From Leucoraja erinacea (lineage: Eukaryota): DNA of 64,000 nt. Both the position numbers and the translations under genes were made by a program. Location: contig NC_073391.1 in the NCBI RefSeq assembly GCF_028641065.1, positions 27,404,001 through 27,468,000 on the forward strand, written 5' to 3'. Shown here piece by piece: positions 1-12,823 of this stretch (position 1 is its first letter; each line of letters starts with the position of its first letter). Below the pieces are notes generated by a model. The model had not been told where the DNA came from. It ran no database searches and saw nothing but the letters and a program-made list of their open reading frames with translations.

Positions 1-3000
1 ATTAGACTGATGAAGGGTATCCCAATCATTATTACCAAATCATATTTACCCACAATTATTTTACAAATATGCCCTGTAAATTACAAATTTACAATTACAA
101 AAATGCCCTGTCACTGTATGTCATGTTGTCACTTGCAGGCGGAGCACAAAGGTAAATTCCTTGTATGTGAATAATTGGCCAATAAACTTATTCATTCAAT
201 AAAACATTAGTGGCATAGCACATAGAGGTTCAATGTAAACTATTTAGCATACTGCTATAGACATGAAACATTTCTTCTTTAACGCAAATTGACCAATTTC
301 CCAAAAGTCGGATTTCTAGGTGTCTCTCTCCCCCTCCATCCTAATGTGGGAACTAGTGAAAAAATCTGTCATTAGCTGCAAACATGAATAACAGCGGTGA
401 TATTCTGAATAGGGTGTTTGATGTCCATGCACATCATTTTGGCTACCAAACAAGTATTGAGTTTCAAAGCATCAACCACGAGAAAAAGAGTTTCACAGAG
501 TTATTTGAATACAAGACTTCACATACATTTGGAACCTTTTACACAAGTAAACAACCAATATTTCAGGGGAATGATCAGGCAAGCAGCTATTGGAGAGATA
601 CCCAAATGTTTAGTTAATGTGCCAACTTTTAAGCAGTGTCTTAAAGGAAAGGAATGCAGAGGTGCTTGGTTTAAAGAAAGGAATTCCAAAGTATTACATT
701 ATGTTGCCTGATGGAATTACCATCAATAGTCAGAAAAATACAATGATTCAAGGACATTTCAGGATCAGGTAGGGGACAATACACGAGACAAGTTAAACAG
801 ATTCAAAGAGTTTGTTGAACTATCTGCCTACCAAGATCAGCAAGAAAAGATGCAATGGGTGATAAGCTGGTTTGTATGGGATAACAGGAGGCAGGCTTAA
901 AAATCACAGAGGATGAGAAATTCATCAACAGAGCATTCAAAGTCAATCAGATCTCAAGGCAACAATGCCAGGTTTGCAATTTTAGCAGCAGGGTGTTGGG
1001 TAGAGAATGTGTAGGTGAGTACAAAAATAACAACCAGCGCCAGCATTTAATATGTTGGAAAATAAACTACAGTCTAACCTTGGCTAAACAGAAAACAAAC
1101 ATTCAGATACTGCAAGACCACAGCAAAATGAAAATGAACAGCATACACATACAAGTCCCAAAGGGAAGAGAGGTTTCAGATACCCTGGAATATTGGTGAT
1201 GCTCATTTACATTTGCCCATGTTAAGCTTGTATCCCTCGACTTCCTTCCAATCCAAGTGCTTGTCCAAATGCCTTTTACACATTGTCATTGCATCTGCCT
1301 TCACCATCTCATTTCACAGCTTGTTCCAAATATTCACTACCCAGTGAAAATTTTAACCACGGGGCTCCTTTAAATTTCTCCCCTCTCACATCAAATCTGG
1401 GCTCTCAGGTTCCATACTTCTCTTGGAAAATAGATTAAGGACTATCTAACCCCCTTAATTTTGTAATCCTCGTGATCACCCCTCTGCTTTCTACATTCCA
1501 GTGAGAATATTCCCTCCAATCCTACCACTCCTTCTAACTCAAGTGTTTCATTCCAGGCAATGGTCTGGTGAATCCTTTCTGCTCTCATTGCTACCATTTC
1601 CTTCCGCTCGTGTGGAAAACAAAACTGTACACAATACACTCTAACCAACGTTTTGTACAACTGCAACATGTTCCAATGCTTTTACTCAATGCCTGGGTCT
1701 AGGAAAGGATGTATACCAAATGCCTTTCTCATATCCTCATCAACTGATCATCACTTTCAGGGAAAATATGAACATGCACCCCAAACTTTTTCTGCACATC
1801 AATGCTCCCAAGGTCCATGCCAATTACTCTTTATGCCGTAACAAAATTTGACCTCCCAACGTTCATTATCTCACACTTGTCTGGATTAAATTCCATCTGC
1901 CATTACTCCAACCAATCTTTCTACTAATCAATGTCCTACTGTATCTTTAAACAACTTTCTTTATCTAATTTTTGCATCATTTGCAAACTTAGTCGTCATA
2001 CTCCCTCTATCTCCTAGCTCCAATCCGTTTTCCACTTTTAACAAATATCCAGTCAGGAAAAAACACTCATCCATCATTACCCCCTGCCACCTATCAATTT
2101 TGGATCCAGTTCAATACATCTCAGATCCCTGTGCCTTTACCTTCTCAACCAATGTGCATAAGTAGAGCATTGTCAAAAGCTTAAAGTCCACACGGACAAC
2201 ATCTATCGCTCTACCTTCACCAGTTTCCTTGTTTTTCTCCTCCGAAAACGCATGGTTGACCTGCTACAGTCCCAGCTCCGGTTGTTACTGTTTAGGACTT
2301 TGGACAGGGTCAGTTGGGTACAGAAGCTGGATCAAATCTAATTAACCAAACACGAGTTGAGTACAGTGAAAAGAGCAATTTGAGATATTGCTGGCAAAGG
2401 AGTGCTGGCAATAACTGAGATACCTTGAGAAAGACCATGGTCAAGTAGAGTTTTGGCAAGAGTGCAGGGCTTGATGGATAACAGACAGATCTGATGACAG
2501 ATGGTTAAATCTGCTGTGCATCGGATATGCTCAAAGCTTCACCACATTTAATGAGAGAAAATGGGGTAAATTCCTAGGGAATTAACAGGCCTGAAAAGTA
2601 AAAATCTCATTGTATGTTTTGAAGGCAAGGCAATGAATGGAAGAGACCAGCAGTTGCAGAAATAATATGGCAAATAGGTGAAAGACAAAGTAGGTGGCAC
2701 ATTTAAAAAATGCAATCATAATTATTTACACAAATTAAGTTCGAGAGGTCTAACGACAGACACAAATTGCTGGAGTAACTCAGCGGGTCAGGCAGCATCT
2801 CTGGAGAAAAAGGATCAGTGACGTTGCGGGTCGGAGCCCTTCTTCAGACTGAAGGTCTGGCAGACCACCTCAGACAAAGGAGGTCTGCCAGAATCAAGTG
2901 ATAAAGGATACAAGGAAGTGAAAAGTGTCATAGAGACCATGGAAGCATAAAGACTATGTAACTTGTCAAAATAGAAGAATGTATCTCATTACAAATACAA

Positions 3001-3295
3001 GAGTTTAAAGAAAGGTAGTTCAGAAATAACTGTAGCAATGAAAGAAAACAAGGCAAATTGAGAGAGATTGAAACTGTATTGGGTAAGAAATGAAAGTATA
3101 TTAGTATATAGCAGGAAGAAAAATGAGATCAAGCAGGGAAAGGACTGTGAGATGCATGGAGGTCACTTGAATGTGCAAGAGCAATATATACTTGAGAGCT
3201 TGTTGGGAGGCATAGTGAAATTGAATACTAATGACATAATTTGGCAACCTGCAGACTAAACTAGTTTCAAAGATGCAAAGTCAATCCAATCATCC

Positions 3296-3390
3296 GTCTG
3301 AAGAAGGGTTTTGGCCCGAAACGTTACCTATTTCCTTCGCTCCATAGATGCTGCTGCACCCGCTGAGTTACTCCAGCATTTTTGTGTACC
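3296..3390 (+). mobile_element. Short Penelope-tail insertion with minimal hammerhead core
   Basis: CTGAAGA-aggg-ttttgg-ccc-GAAACGTT; flanked by 11-bp TSD TCCAATCATCC. Similar copy at 40921-41077 with TSD TGTGATCCACAACA. Confidence 0.7.
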
Positions 3391-5149
3391 TCCAATCATC
3401 CAGGATAAGGCTATAGATGACAACTATTGTTTGCCCATGGAAAATACTTTATGTATTTATGGCAGGTGGGACTAAGGGAAAATAATTGTTCGACATGGAC
3501 TTGTAGGGCCGAGATGGCCTGTTTCCGTGCTGTAATTGTTATATGGTTATATGTAGGGAAATGCATAAGTGGTCGTCATTGTACATCTGCTGCAGTCATG
3601 GATGGGTAGAGTGAATGATATTGCATTGGATTATTATTTCCAACCAACTAATTTTCAACCAGTAATACTATGATGACAAAAGTCCAGTGTTATGTACATT
3701 GCCCAAAATATTTTGTACAAATCAAATGAAGGGCACACGCAACTTCACTGAACACGCAATTAAAATGAAATGTTCTCCTCTTCCAGCTTACCATATAAAA
3801 TTAAATGTTTTACAATTATCTTCCAAATATCTGATATAATTAATAAATTATAGCATTCTTATTTTAAATTTCTGTATGTTTTTAAAAAATAAAAGTGCTT
3901 GGCAATTTATTAAACATAAAACGAATTCTGGCACTTTACAAACCCTGAACTTTGCAAGTCATTCTGTCCTTGAATTCACCATGATCATGCAAAGGTAGGT
4001 AGGACCACCTGGATTCCCACAAGCAGTCCTTCCAGAACTACAACACTGAAAAAAAAAACCTCACTATGTCAGACTACATCTCTGCATAAAGGAATAGTTA
4101 ATGCCTCTTGCAAAGAGATCAGACACAAGAACTGTTACTTTCGATTTTCCAGCATCTGCAGTTCCTGCTTAAACAAGAACTGTTAGCACTGTTTCGCCCT
4201 CCATAGATGCAGGCTACCTTACCCAAGTATATCCCGCATTTACTACTATTTCACACATTGAGCACGTGTATTACTTTGCTTTCGCAGATTCTAAAACTAT
4301 TTTTAAAAGACAGCAGCAGTTCACTATTACAATAATGCACAGAATATGGGGGGGGGGGGGATGACTATAACATGTAGACATAAAATGCTGAAGCAACTCA
4401 GCGGGTCAGGCATATGGGTTGTTCATTTGAAATATATATCTCAAAACACAATTATCTTAGTGTTACACGTTGCATTTTAACCAGCCTTAATACATGCTCC
4501 AAATAAGTCCGATTATTTAATAGATTTAGTTCCATAATTATTTATATATGTAGTTCTGCCTGCTAGATCTCGACAATAGTATAGAAACAAACATATTTCA
4601 ACATTTCTGTCCACCCAAGTCTGCATTGGTATTATTAGTCACGTATATTAAATGGTCTAGTGAAAAGTGTAGCGCAATTTACAATGCCTTCCAGACCTTC
4701 AGATTTACAAAATAAATCATGTTTTCTCTCTAGTATATCTGATTAAAAAATTATCCTCATTCGAAAAACCCTAACCCCTCCTCCTCCCAAACCAAAATGC
4801 TTCACGTTTAAACAATGCTTACACGCTAACATTTAAGAGCCTTCTTGTTTACAAATACAGTTTCAAAACTCTTAAAAATACGTCTTCAAAAATAGTCTCA
4901 CTTCTTTCGTCGTTCACGGCTAGGGAGTAGGGAGGAGACTTTAGTTCTTGTATTTCTCCCCCGCCCCCTTTTTCCCTTTTGCTGCTGAATAAACACATTA
5001 CAAAATGCCCTGCCAAACGAGTTACCTCAGTGCCTGCAGAATCTGCGCAGACTTGACGCGAAAAGGGAAACCCATCGTATTTTTTTCCCCCAAAATAAAT
5101 ATATATTACAACAATGTGCATTTCCGCTTTTTTACGGTTCCCACAACAG

Positions 5150-5830
5150 AGTCGCCCTCACACCAAACAACGCCCATCGCAGCCAGCTGGCCATCCCGCC
5201 CCGACCGACCGACCGGCCATCCCGCAGTGGGTGCATTCGCTGCCTTTACCTGCTCCAAGCGAGTGGCGAGCTTTTCTCTCTCTCTGTCTCTCGCTCCCCC
5301 ACTCGCCGGCTGCTCCCTCGTCCCTCTTGCTCTTCTTCCCCGAGGTCCAGGCCCCGTTGACAGCCCGGGCAGCCGTAGGACAACAACGGCCCCCTATCAG
5401 CCTCCCCGCCGCCGCCGCCGCCGCCGCCGCCCAGCTCCCTCTCGCTCCGGTCTATTCCGGCCCGGTCTGGTCCGCTCCGCTCTACCCAACGCTAAAGTCT
5501 CGGCTTCGACGGCCGCCCGTAAACAGGAGTCTGTGTATTGATGATATATTTGTATTGTAACAACGAGGCCCTGGCGGAGGCAGTGTCCGTGTGAGTGAGT
5601 GAAAGTGAGACACAGACCCAACCAGCCAGCGCCCGGCCCTGTGCCGCCTCTCGCACTGCGCTGCGCTGAGGGGCGACGCGGCGACACTCAGACGCTGCAC
5701 CTCCCCAGCCCTCCGCACCGCCGCCATGGCGTCACCGATCCCCATTAGCTCATCGCGCACCGAGCGCGCCCCCGCCCGCCCGCCCGCCACAGCGTCGGGG
5801 TCGCGCTTTGGGAGATTTCTCGTGTCTGCC
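5150..5830. promoter_or_regulatory. CpG island, probable SHOC2 promoter; non-coding first exon on minus strand (~5250-5480)
   Basis: Very GC/CpG rich, (CCG)n at ~5406-5430, minus-strand donor GCAG|GTAAAG at 5250/5249, plus-strand GTGAGT at 5591/5595. SHOC2 identity only from conserved PDCD4-BBIP1-SHOC2 synteny. Confidence 0.6.
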
Positions 5831-6604
5831 CTTCTGTTGTTACAGAAAACCTCAGCTATGGAGGTTCGCTTGGGCAGCTTACATCCCGGGTCTCGACTCG
5901 AAACGCCACCCATTCCTTCTCTCCAGAGATGCTGCCTGTCCTGCTGAGTTACTCCAGCATTTTGTGTCTATCTTAAACCCCAAGCAATAAGAATATTGAC
6001 TTCTCTAACTTCAAGTAACCCTTGCCTTCCCTCACTCTCCACCTTCCCCTATGCCCGTTCTCCGACCAGTCTGAATGTCCCCCCATCACATTTTATCTCC
6101 GTTTGCTTTGTTGTCAACTTTTCCTAGCTAACAATGATCTATTCTACAATTTCCTTGACCTCTATCCCTTTTGATGTCTCGTTTTCACGCCTTACCCTTA
6201 TCTCTGTGTCTCCCTCTACCCTCAATCTGAAGGGTCAAGACCCAAAACTTCACCCATTCCTTCTATCCATGGATGCTGCATGTCCCGCTGAGTTACTCCA
6301 GCATTTTGTGTCTATGGGTAACCTTGGTTCTGTAATGTGGATGCCATGGATTGAATAGTTTCGTATCAGTTTTGAAAAATTGGATCCACTCCCATAAGAA
6401 TTTTGTTAAAGGTGAGGTGGAGCATAGCCTGAAGAAAGAACAAGAAAAGTGTTGGGTTTAGGAGAAGCTTGCTTTTCAGTAAGTATTTCTGAATCCAATG
6501 CTTCCTTTATCAGTTCTGATATTATGCGCTTGCAATTATTGAAAGATGTATTGTATGCAGTGGTACTGAACCTTACTGACCCAAACAGCATCTCAGTTTT
6601 GTTT

Positions 6605-6908
6605 TTTTAGTTTAGTTTTAGAGACATAGTGTGGAAACAGGCCCTTCGTCACACCACGTCCACACCAACCATCGATCACCCCATACACTGGTTCTACCCT
6701 ACACATGAAGGAGAATTTACAGAAGCCAATTAATCTACTGACCTGCACATCTTTGGAGTGTGGGAGGAAACCAGAGCACCTGGAGAAAACCCACGTGGTC
6801 ACAGGGCAAACGCGCAAACTCTCTACAGACAGCATATGTAGTCAGGATTGAATCCTGGTCTGCGGCACTGTAAGGCAGCAAATCTACTGCTGAGCCACTG
6901 TGCCACCC
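6605..6908 (-). mobile_element. tRNA-derived SINE (HE1/V-SINE-like)
   Basis: tRNA-like head with A/B boxes, GGTTTCCTCCCACA core, (CTAAA)n tail. Other copies: 7870-8014+10353-10500, 11000-11200+11405-11440, 13700-13835, 23180-23443, 26990-27260, 41350-41590. Confidence 0.85.
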
Positions 6909-7484
6909 TGTGTAATTCCCTCTCATATATGCTAACCTGGCAAAAGGTGATCAACAGCTTTAAAGGAAAGGGTTGGCAAAGATCCAGATAAGCAAAAAAC
7001 TCAAGGACTTCCCTGACTGTAAACCTGTGCTGTATCTGGGGCCAGTTACAAAAATGCTCTATTTTAACATTAAGAAATGATGTATTCTAACTAACTTTAA
7101 GCATTTTTGTTCCTCACAATTTCATATTGTGATTAAAAATCAGCAAAGTAGCATTTGGATTTTCAGTCGATCATTCTTCCAAAAGTATCTCCAAGGTGAA
7201 AAACTCACCCAAAACTGTTCCCATGGACATTAATCTGACATGCACTGTGGTGAAGCAGTTGATGGTGCTGCTTCATATCCTCGGGGTCCTGGGTCCAGTG
7301 CTGACCTTGGCTGCTCTCTTGGTGGTTTACATATTCTCCCCTTGAGCATGTGGGTTTCTGATGAGTGCCCAGGTATTCCCTCACATCCCAAGAATAAGTG
7401 GATAGGGGAATGGGATTGCACCGCTGGAGGTCAGCATGCACTCAATGTGCCAAAAAGCAATTAAAAAAACAAATAAAGAAATAA

Positions 7485-7850
7485 GCTTTATTCAGAATAA
7501 TAAATATATACAAAACAAGAACTGGTCAAAAATCTTCTGACCTTCCCAGACACTATACTTACATTCATCATCGTCGTATCATAGTGTTCACAGAAATATA
7601 ATTATATCCATCACCTTTGGCACACATGTGGCCCCCTGAGGTGATATCCCTTCCCTCGTTTGAGGGGCAACTCCACTATGCCTGTCCCCCAAAGTCCAAA
7701 GTGGAAGAACCCTAAACTGTGGTCCACCCACACAGAGCCTTGGCGTTGGCTGCACCAGGCTTCAGTGAGTCCCTCAGCATGTATTCCCGCAGACTGGAGC
7801 AGGCCAGTCAGCAACATTTTGACAGTGTTGTACTGAGTAAGCAGCACAGA
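7485..7850 (-). mobile_element. Tx1/L1-clade LINE 3' end
   Basis: Minus-strand translation ...LREYMLRDSLKPGAANAKAL resembles Tx1 ORF2 C-termini; AATAAA then T-rich tail. Confidence 0.6.
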
Positions 7851-8014
7851 GGGTGATGAGTCTGGAATAAGCTTTAGACTTTGCTTTACTTTAGAGATAC
7901 ATAAATTGCACACCAACCAGCTTTACACCAACATTATCCTACACACTAGGGACAATTTACAGTTTTACCAAAACCAATTAACCTACAAACCAGTGCGTCT
8001 TTGGATTGTGGGGG

Positions 8015-10352
8015 TGTAGAAGAAATTAATTTAGAGGGAAATTAATGGAAAATGAAAAGCAGAAACTTTACAGATTTGCTTCGAGATTTTATTGCATAAC
8101 ATCATGTAGAGATGGCTGCAGTAAAACTGCTCACCAGTTCTCACTGAGCATGTCTTCCCAGTAATGGGAGAGGTCCTGTTCTAGAGATTATAAAAATATC
8201 TGTAAGGGGCCTGACACCCTCCCTTTCCATGTTCACAAGAGCTGTTATCACATTTTCCCATGACTTATTTTGCCATTCTAGATTAACCAATTTAAATGCT
8301 TGAGCCTGTCGGGGCAGCAAACAATTTACTAAAGTTTGACCAGCTAGAGGCCAATTTTCAGCTACGGCCACTCTGACATGTTCCTCCCACTTACTCTTAA
8401 ATCGGGCTATAAAATCAGGGATCGTCTCGTCTTTGTGTTGCAAGCATCGCACCACCTTCCCAATGTCACTATGTTTTCTCACTCCCCTCATTATAGCCTC
8501 CTTTCCTCTGTGGGCTAACCAGTGAGTGAGGGACTCATTTCCCTGAGCCTGTTGATCATCATATTGCTGCCACTTGCTTTGGTATTATAGGCACAAGTCC
8601 CTTGTTTCCCTCTTTCTGCTTAATACCTTTCTCCTGCTCTGGGGGCTGGTGTCTTTTCTCCATCCCTGCTATTTCCTTATTATCTCCATCAATTTTAAAG
8701 TTATACACAGCACTCCAACCATCACTAATAACACTACCATTGCAAATATTAATTGTGCTCCCATCTCGCCAAATCATTTATTTTTTAGTGTTAAGTATGA
8801 CAGAGCTAGCTTATACCTTCCCCCATCCAGCCAATCTCCATTTAAGTGATCAGCTAGATTACCATAAAGATTTACAGGACATTGGTCATCATCTCCGTTC
8901 TTTTTTATTACCACATCTGCTGCCGATCCCAGTGGAACAATGGGATCTCCTACCTAAAAGTATTTTAGTCTTTTTTATCACCTTAGCAATATTCTTTCTT
9001 ATCTGCATCTTTCCCTCCTGGACCACCTATTTCTTTTCCTCAGGCCTCCCTCCATCAGTAGGATCAGATTTTTCCGATCGACTACTGTTGTCTCCCATAT
9101 TCTTCTCTCAAGTCTGTAAAAAAGTTAGGTTTACACAGACAATATCTTGTAATATTCTATTCACAGTTTGCGCGCACCGCTCCATTCGCAAATCTTGAAG
9201 TCACCTATCAATTTTGATAGCGTTGTCTAGCACCTGCTTCAATTTATCCTACGTCCAGCGTAAGTTAATTATCTTCTCCACTATTTGCCTCACCCCACAG
9301 GCCTCGTTGCTAAGCGCGAGTCACCAGCCAATTAAGCTAGGTGGCCTGGGGGTTCTCCCTTCTTTCTGGGAAACCCCCCTGTCCCTCTTTCTGTAGGGAC
9401 TATTTTATTATTCCCTTTTATTTCCCCTAGTATTTGTTCAAATCCCGTTACAATTGCAATCCTGCCGACTACGGCAAATTCTGTGGAAGATATTAATTTA
9501 GAGGGAAATTAATGGAAAATGAAAAGCGGAGACGTTGCAGATTTGCTTTGAGATTTTATTGCATGATATTATGGAGAGATGGCTGCAGTGAAACTGCTCA
9601 CCAGTTCTCTGACTTCACAGCAGAATTAGCCGACCGTTATACTGTGCAGTAAACAACTTTTGGTTTTCGTTAGATACAGCTATACGAAAATATATAATCT
9701 ACTACATGGGTACCAATTATTTCACGTCATAACATACTTTTCACTTAAGTTAATCTTATTCAACAACAGATGGTTAATACAAGTCAAACACAATACAAGG
9801 GCATTTTGACATTATTCTGTCTCAACTTTCAGGTGGCCCATGCCACCACCCCCTCTCCGAGCCAATCATAAGCCTCCCATCTACTGTGGTAGGGGGCATG
9901 GGTGATTTACTATAACTCCTCACAGAAAATTAAAACAAGCTTTGTTATCTCCCCTACTATTTCATGTTTACATTTACCATCCACACTTCAACACATTCCC
10001 AGACAAGAGGTAAAACGCCTAATCTTAAGGGCCTGTCCCACTTGGGCGTCATTTACATGATATCATTTACGCGTCACGATGCACGACATGGTGTGCATAA
10101 TGCGCGGATGGCGTGTGGTGACGCGCGGTCGCGCGCGGTGCCCCAGGATTTTGGGATTCACAAAATCTTTGCGCGCCACCTGCGCAAATGACTCCCAAGT
10201 GGGACAGGCCCTTTACTTTGCCGATTCCCACAAACTTCTTCTGCACCTGGTCAGGCGAGAGCTTCCAATTGTCACATCAAAAACACCCTTTCGTTACCTT
10301 GTTCAATTCCAATCAAAATTAAATAAGGAAGGATATTAATTTTTCTTCCACA
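8015..10352 (-). mobile_element. Internally deleted endogenous retrovirus: 5' LTR 9482-10352, tRNA-Ser PBS 9459-9476, decayed gag, truncated 3' LTR 8015-8142
   Basis: 8015-8142 repeats 9482-9608; LTR termini TGTGGAAGA...TCTTCCACA; PBS TGCCGTAGTCGGCAGGAT (1 mismatch to tRNA-Ser 3' end); capsid MHR-like QHKDETIPDFIARF in ORF 8141..8491; splits a SINE (7870-8014 / 10353-10500). Confidence 0.88.
10028..10212. mobile_element. PIF/Harbinger MITE inside the ERV 5' LTR
   Basis: TIR AGGGCCTGTCCCACTTGG, TTA TSD. Confidence 0.85.
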
Positions 10353-12592
10353 GAGAGGAAACCAGAGCACCTGGAAAAACCCACACAGATCATGGGAGGA
10401 ACATACAAATTCCATACCAACTGACAGCATCTGAGATCAGGATTGAATCTGGATCTCTGGCACTGTACGGCAGCAACTCCACCGCTGTGCCACTGTGTCA
10501 CTGCTGATGGAGAAAGTGGTGACAGCAGACACCATTACAATATTTAAAAGGCGTTGGATGGGTACATGTGTGGAGAGATATGGAACTAACACAGACAAAT
10601 GGGATTAGCCAAGATATGCATCATGGTCAGGCTGGGCAAGGTAGACAGAAAAGGTCTAATCCACTGTTTTATGATTCTATAATAAAATCTCTCACCATTT
10701 CACAGGCATATTATCCTCTCCCACCAACCCCATCCCTCCCACACAAACTTTTCAAACTCGAGTGCTTTTCCCTCCTTACCTTCCAACCTACTCTCCTTCC
10801 AATATCCATCCCTTTTCTTGCCACCAGCCATTGTTCCCACCATCCCCTTAATTTATCCTGGCACCTGTTTCCTGTAGCTGTCGTTCTTCAAACCAGAACA
10901 CTTCCTACCCTCCGCATCTACCATCTCAGGTTACAGAAGGCAAGCATCTTCTCCCACCACCCTCTCCCCCAAGTCAATCATCAGAATTGGTTTAATTTGG
11001 TTTAAAGATACAGCGCAGAAATAGGCCCTTCGGCCCACCAAGCCAGCGCCGACCAATGATCCCTGTACATGAGCACTATCCTACACACTATAGACAATTT
11101 ACAATTCTTACTGAAGCCAATTAACCTACAAACCTGTAGGTCTTGGGAGTTTCGGAGGAAACTGGAGATCCAGGAAAAAAAACCCACGCAGTCAAGGGCA
11201 GAATTCCCTGCCACAGAGGGCAGTGGAGGCCAAGTCACTGGATGAATTTAAGAGAGAGTTAGATAGAGCACTAGGGGCTAGTGGAGTCAAGCGATATGGG
11301 AAGAAGGCAGGCACAGGTTATTGATAGGGGACGATCATCTATGATCACAATGAATGGCAGTGCTGGCTCGAAGGGCCGAATGGCCTCCTATTTTCTATGT
11401 TTCTAGAATGTACAAACTCCACACAGATAAGCAGCCGTAGCAGCTCCTGTGTTTCTAAATTCTAAACCCTCATTGTTTTCTGAAGCCATCAACTGTAGTT
11501 GCACTTTATGACAAATTAACGATGAAGTTTTCCCTTCCTGGGGACAAGCCAGGCAGAGGACAGGTGCTGCTCAGGTGATGTTAATGGGTTAGGCTGCAGA
11601 CAGGGAGCAAATAATGGCTCATTCCTATTTGCAACTGGCTAACACCCACCACTATCCATTCAGATCTAAACTACACCTAGAAGGAAAACTATCAGACTGT
11701 CTATGTTCACATGTAAATAAAGTGGTGCTGACAGATTGCCAGTGTGGTGCTTTACATGGGACTCGAAATGAAAAGAAACTCAGAAAGGAAAAAGCAAACA
11801 AAAATCAGAGAAAGAAGCATTTCTGAGTCCAAACAACTTTTGTCCCAGGTGATGGCTCAGAAATAAAACCAATTTTAAAAAGGTACTTATCTAACCCACA
11901 CAACTCTTCAAGACAGACACAAAGTACTGGAGTAACTCAATTGGTCTAGCATCTCTACCCGACCCGCTGAGTTACTCCAGCACTTTTTGTCTATCATTGG
12001 TATAAACCAGCATTTGCAGTTCCTTTCTTCACAATTCTTCAATCCTTTTGTCTCACACCTTCTGTCTTTTCATCTCTGGTCTTTTCTGCCTATCGAATAA
12101 ACCTCCTCACCTGTATCAGCCTACTACCTGCCATGCTTTGTCCTACCCCTCCACTCTTCCAGCTTTTCATCCCCCTTACAATCAGTCTGAAGAAGGAGTC
12201 CCTACCCGAAATGACACTTATTCATGCCAGCAACTGTCCATTAATTGTCACCCACTATATTGTATTCCCAAAATATCTTAAAACAAATTTTCTTTTTTGG
12301 TAACACCCATTTCACTCAATATTGCTATTTTCAAAAATAATGTAAAAGAAGAGCAACTACAACATCAGGAGTAAGGATGGAGTGCATGTTGAAAGAAGTC
12401 TGTCCTATATTTTTGAAGTGCATTGTTGGTACCACTTTTTGCAATCTTGCTTTTGCTCCATTGCCCTATGCTGGGAATCATTGCCAAGGAGTTAAGAATT
12501 TGAAGAAATATTTGTATTTATGCTTTTTTAATGTACCATCCCTCTTGCTCCTATTTTGAGGTGACATCAAGTGACAGGAACATGATTGATAT

Positions 12593-12823
12593 GTGTAGAA
12601 AGGAACAGCAGATGCTGGTTTAAACCAAAGATAGACACAAAAAGCTGGAGTAACTCAGCGGGTCAGCCAACATCTCTGGAGAAAAATAACGTGCGTTTTG
12701 GGTCGAGACCTTCTTCAAAAGGGCCTGAACAAGGATCTCGACCTGAAAGGTCACCTATTCCTTTTCTCCAGAGATGCTGTCTGACCCGCTGAGTTACTCC
12801 AGCTTTTTGTGTCTATCTTAGAG
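12593..12823. mobile_element. Palindromic (head-to-head) Penelope-tail insertion
   Basis: ~90-bp arms inverted about 12720; flanked by direct repeat ACATGATTGATAT. Similar structure at ~25717-26125 flanked by AGGATCAGCC. Confidence 0.7.

Noticed and set aside
5005-5947. Overlapping long ORFs in the first CpG island
   Set aside because: GC-rich, stop-poor, low-complexity translations; no SHOC2 LRR or other recognisable protein.
8602-9198. 198-aa plus-strand ORF
   Set aside because: Antisense to the purine-rich decayed gag; no motifs.
9459-9476. tRNA-Ser-like sequence
   Set aside because: Only 18 nt, adjacent to an LTR; it is a primer-binding site. SINE heads are likewise not tRNA genes.
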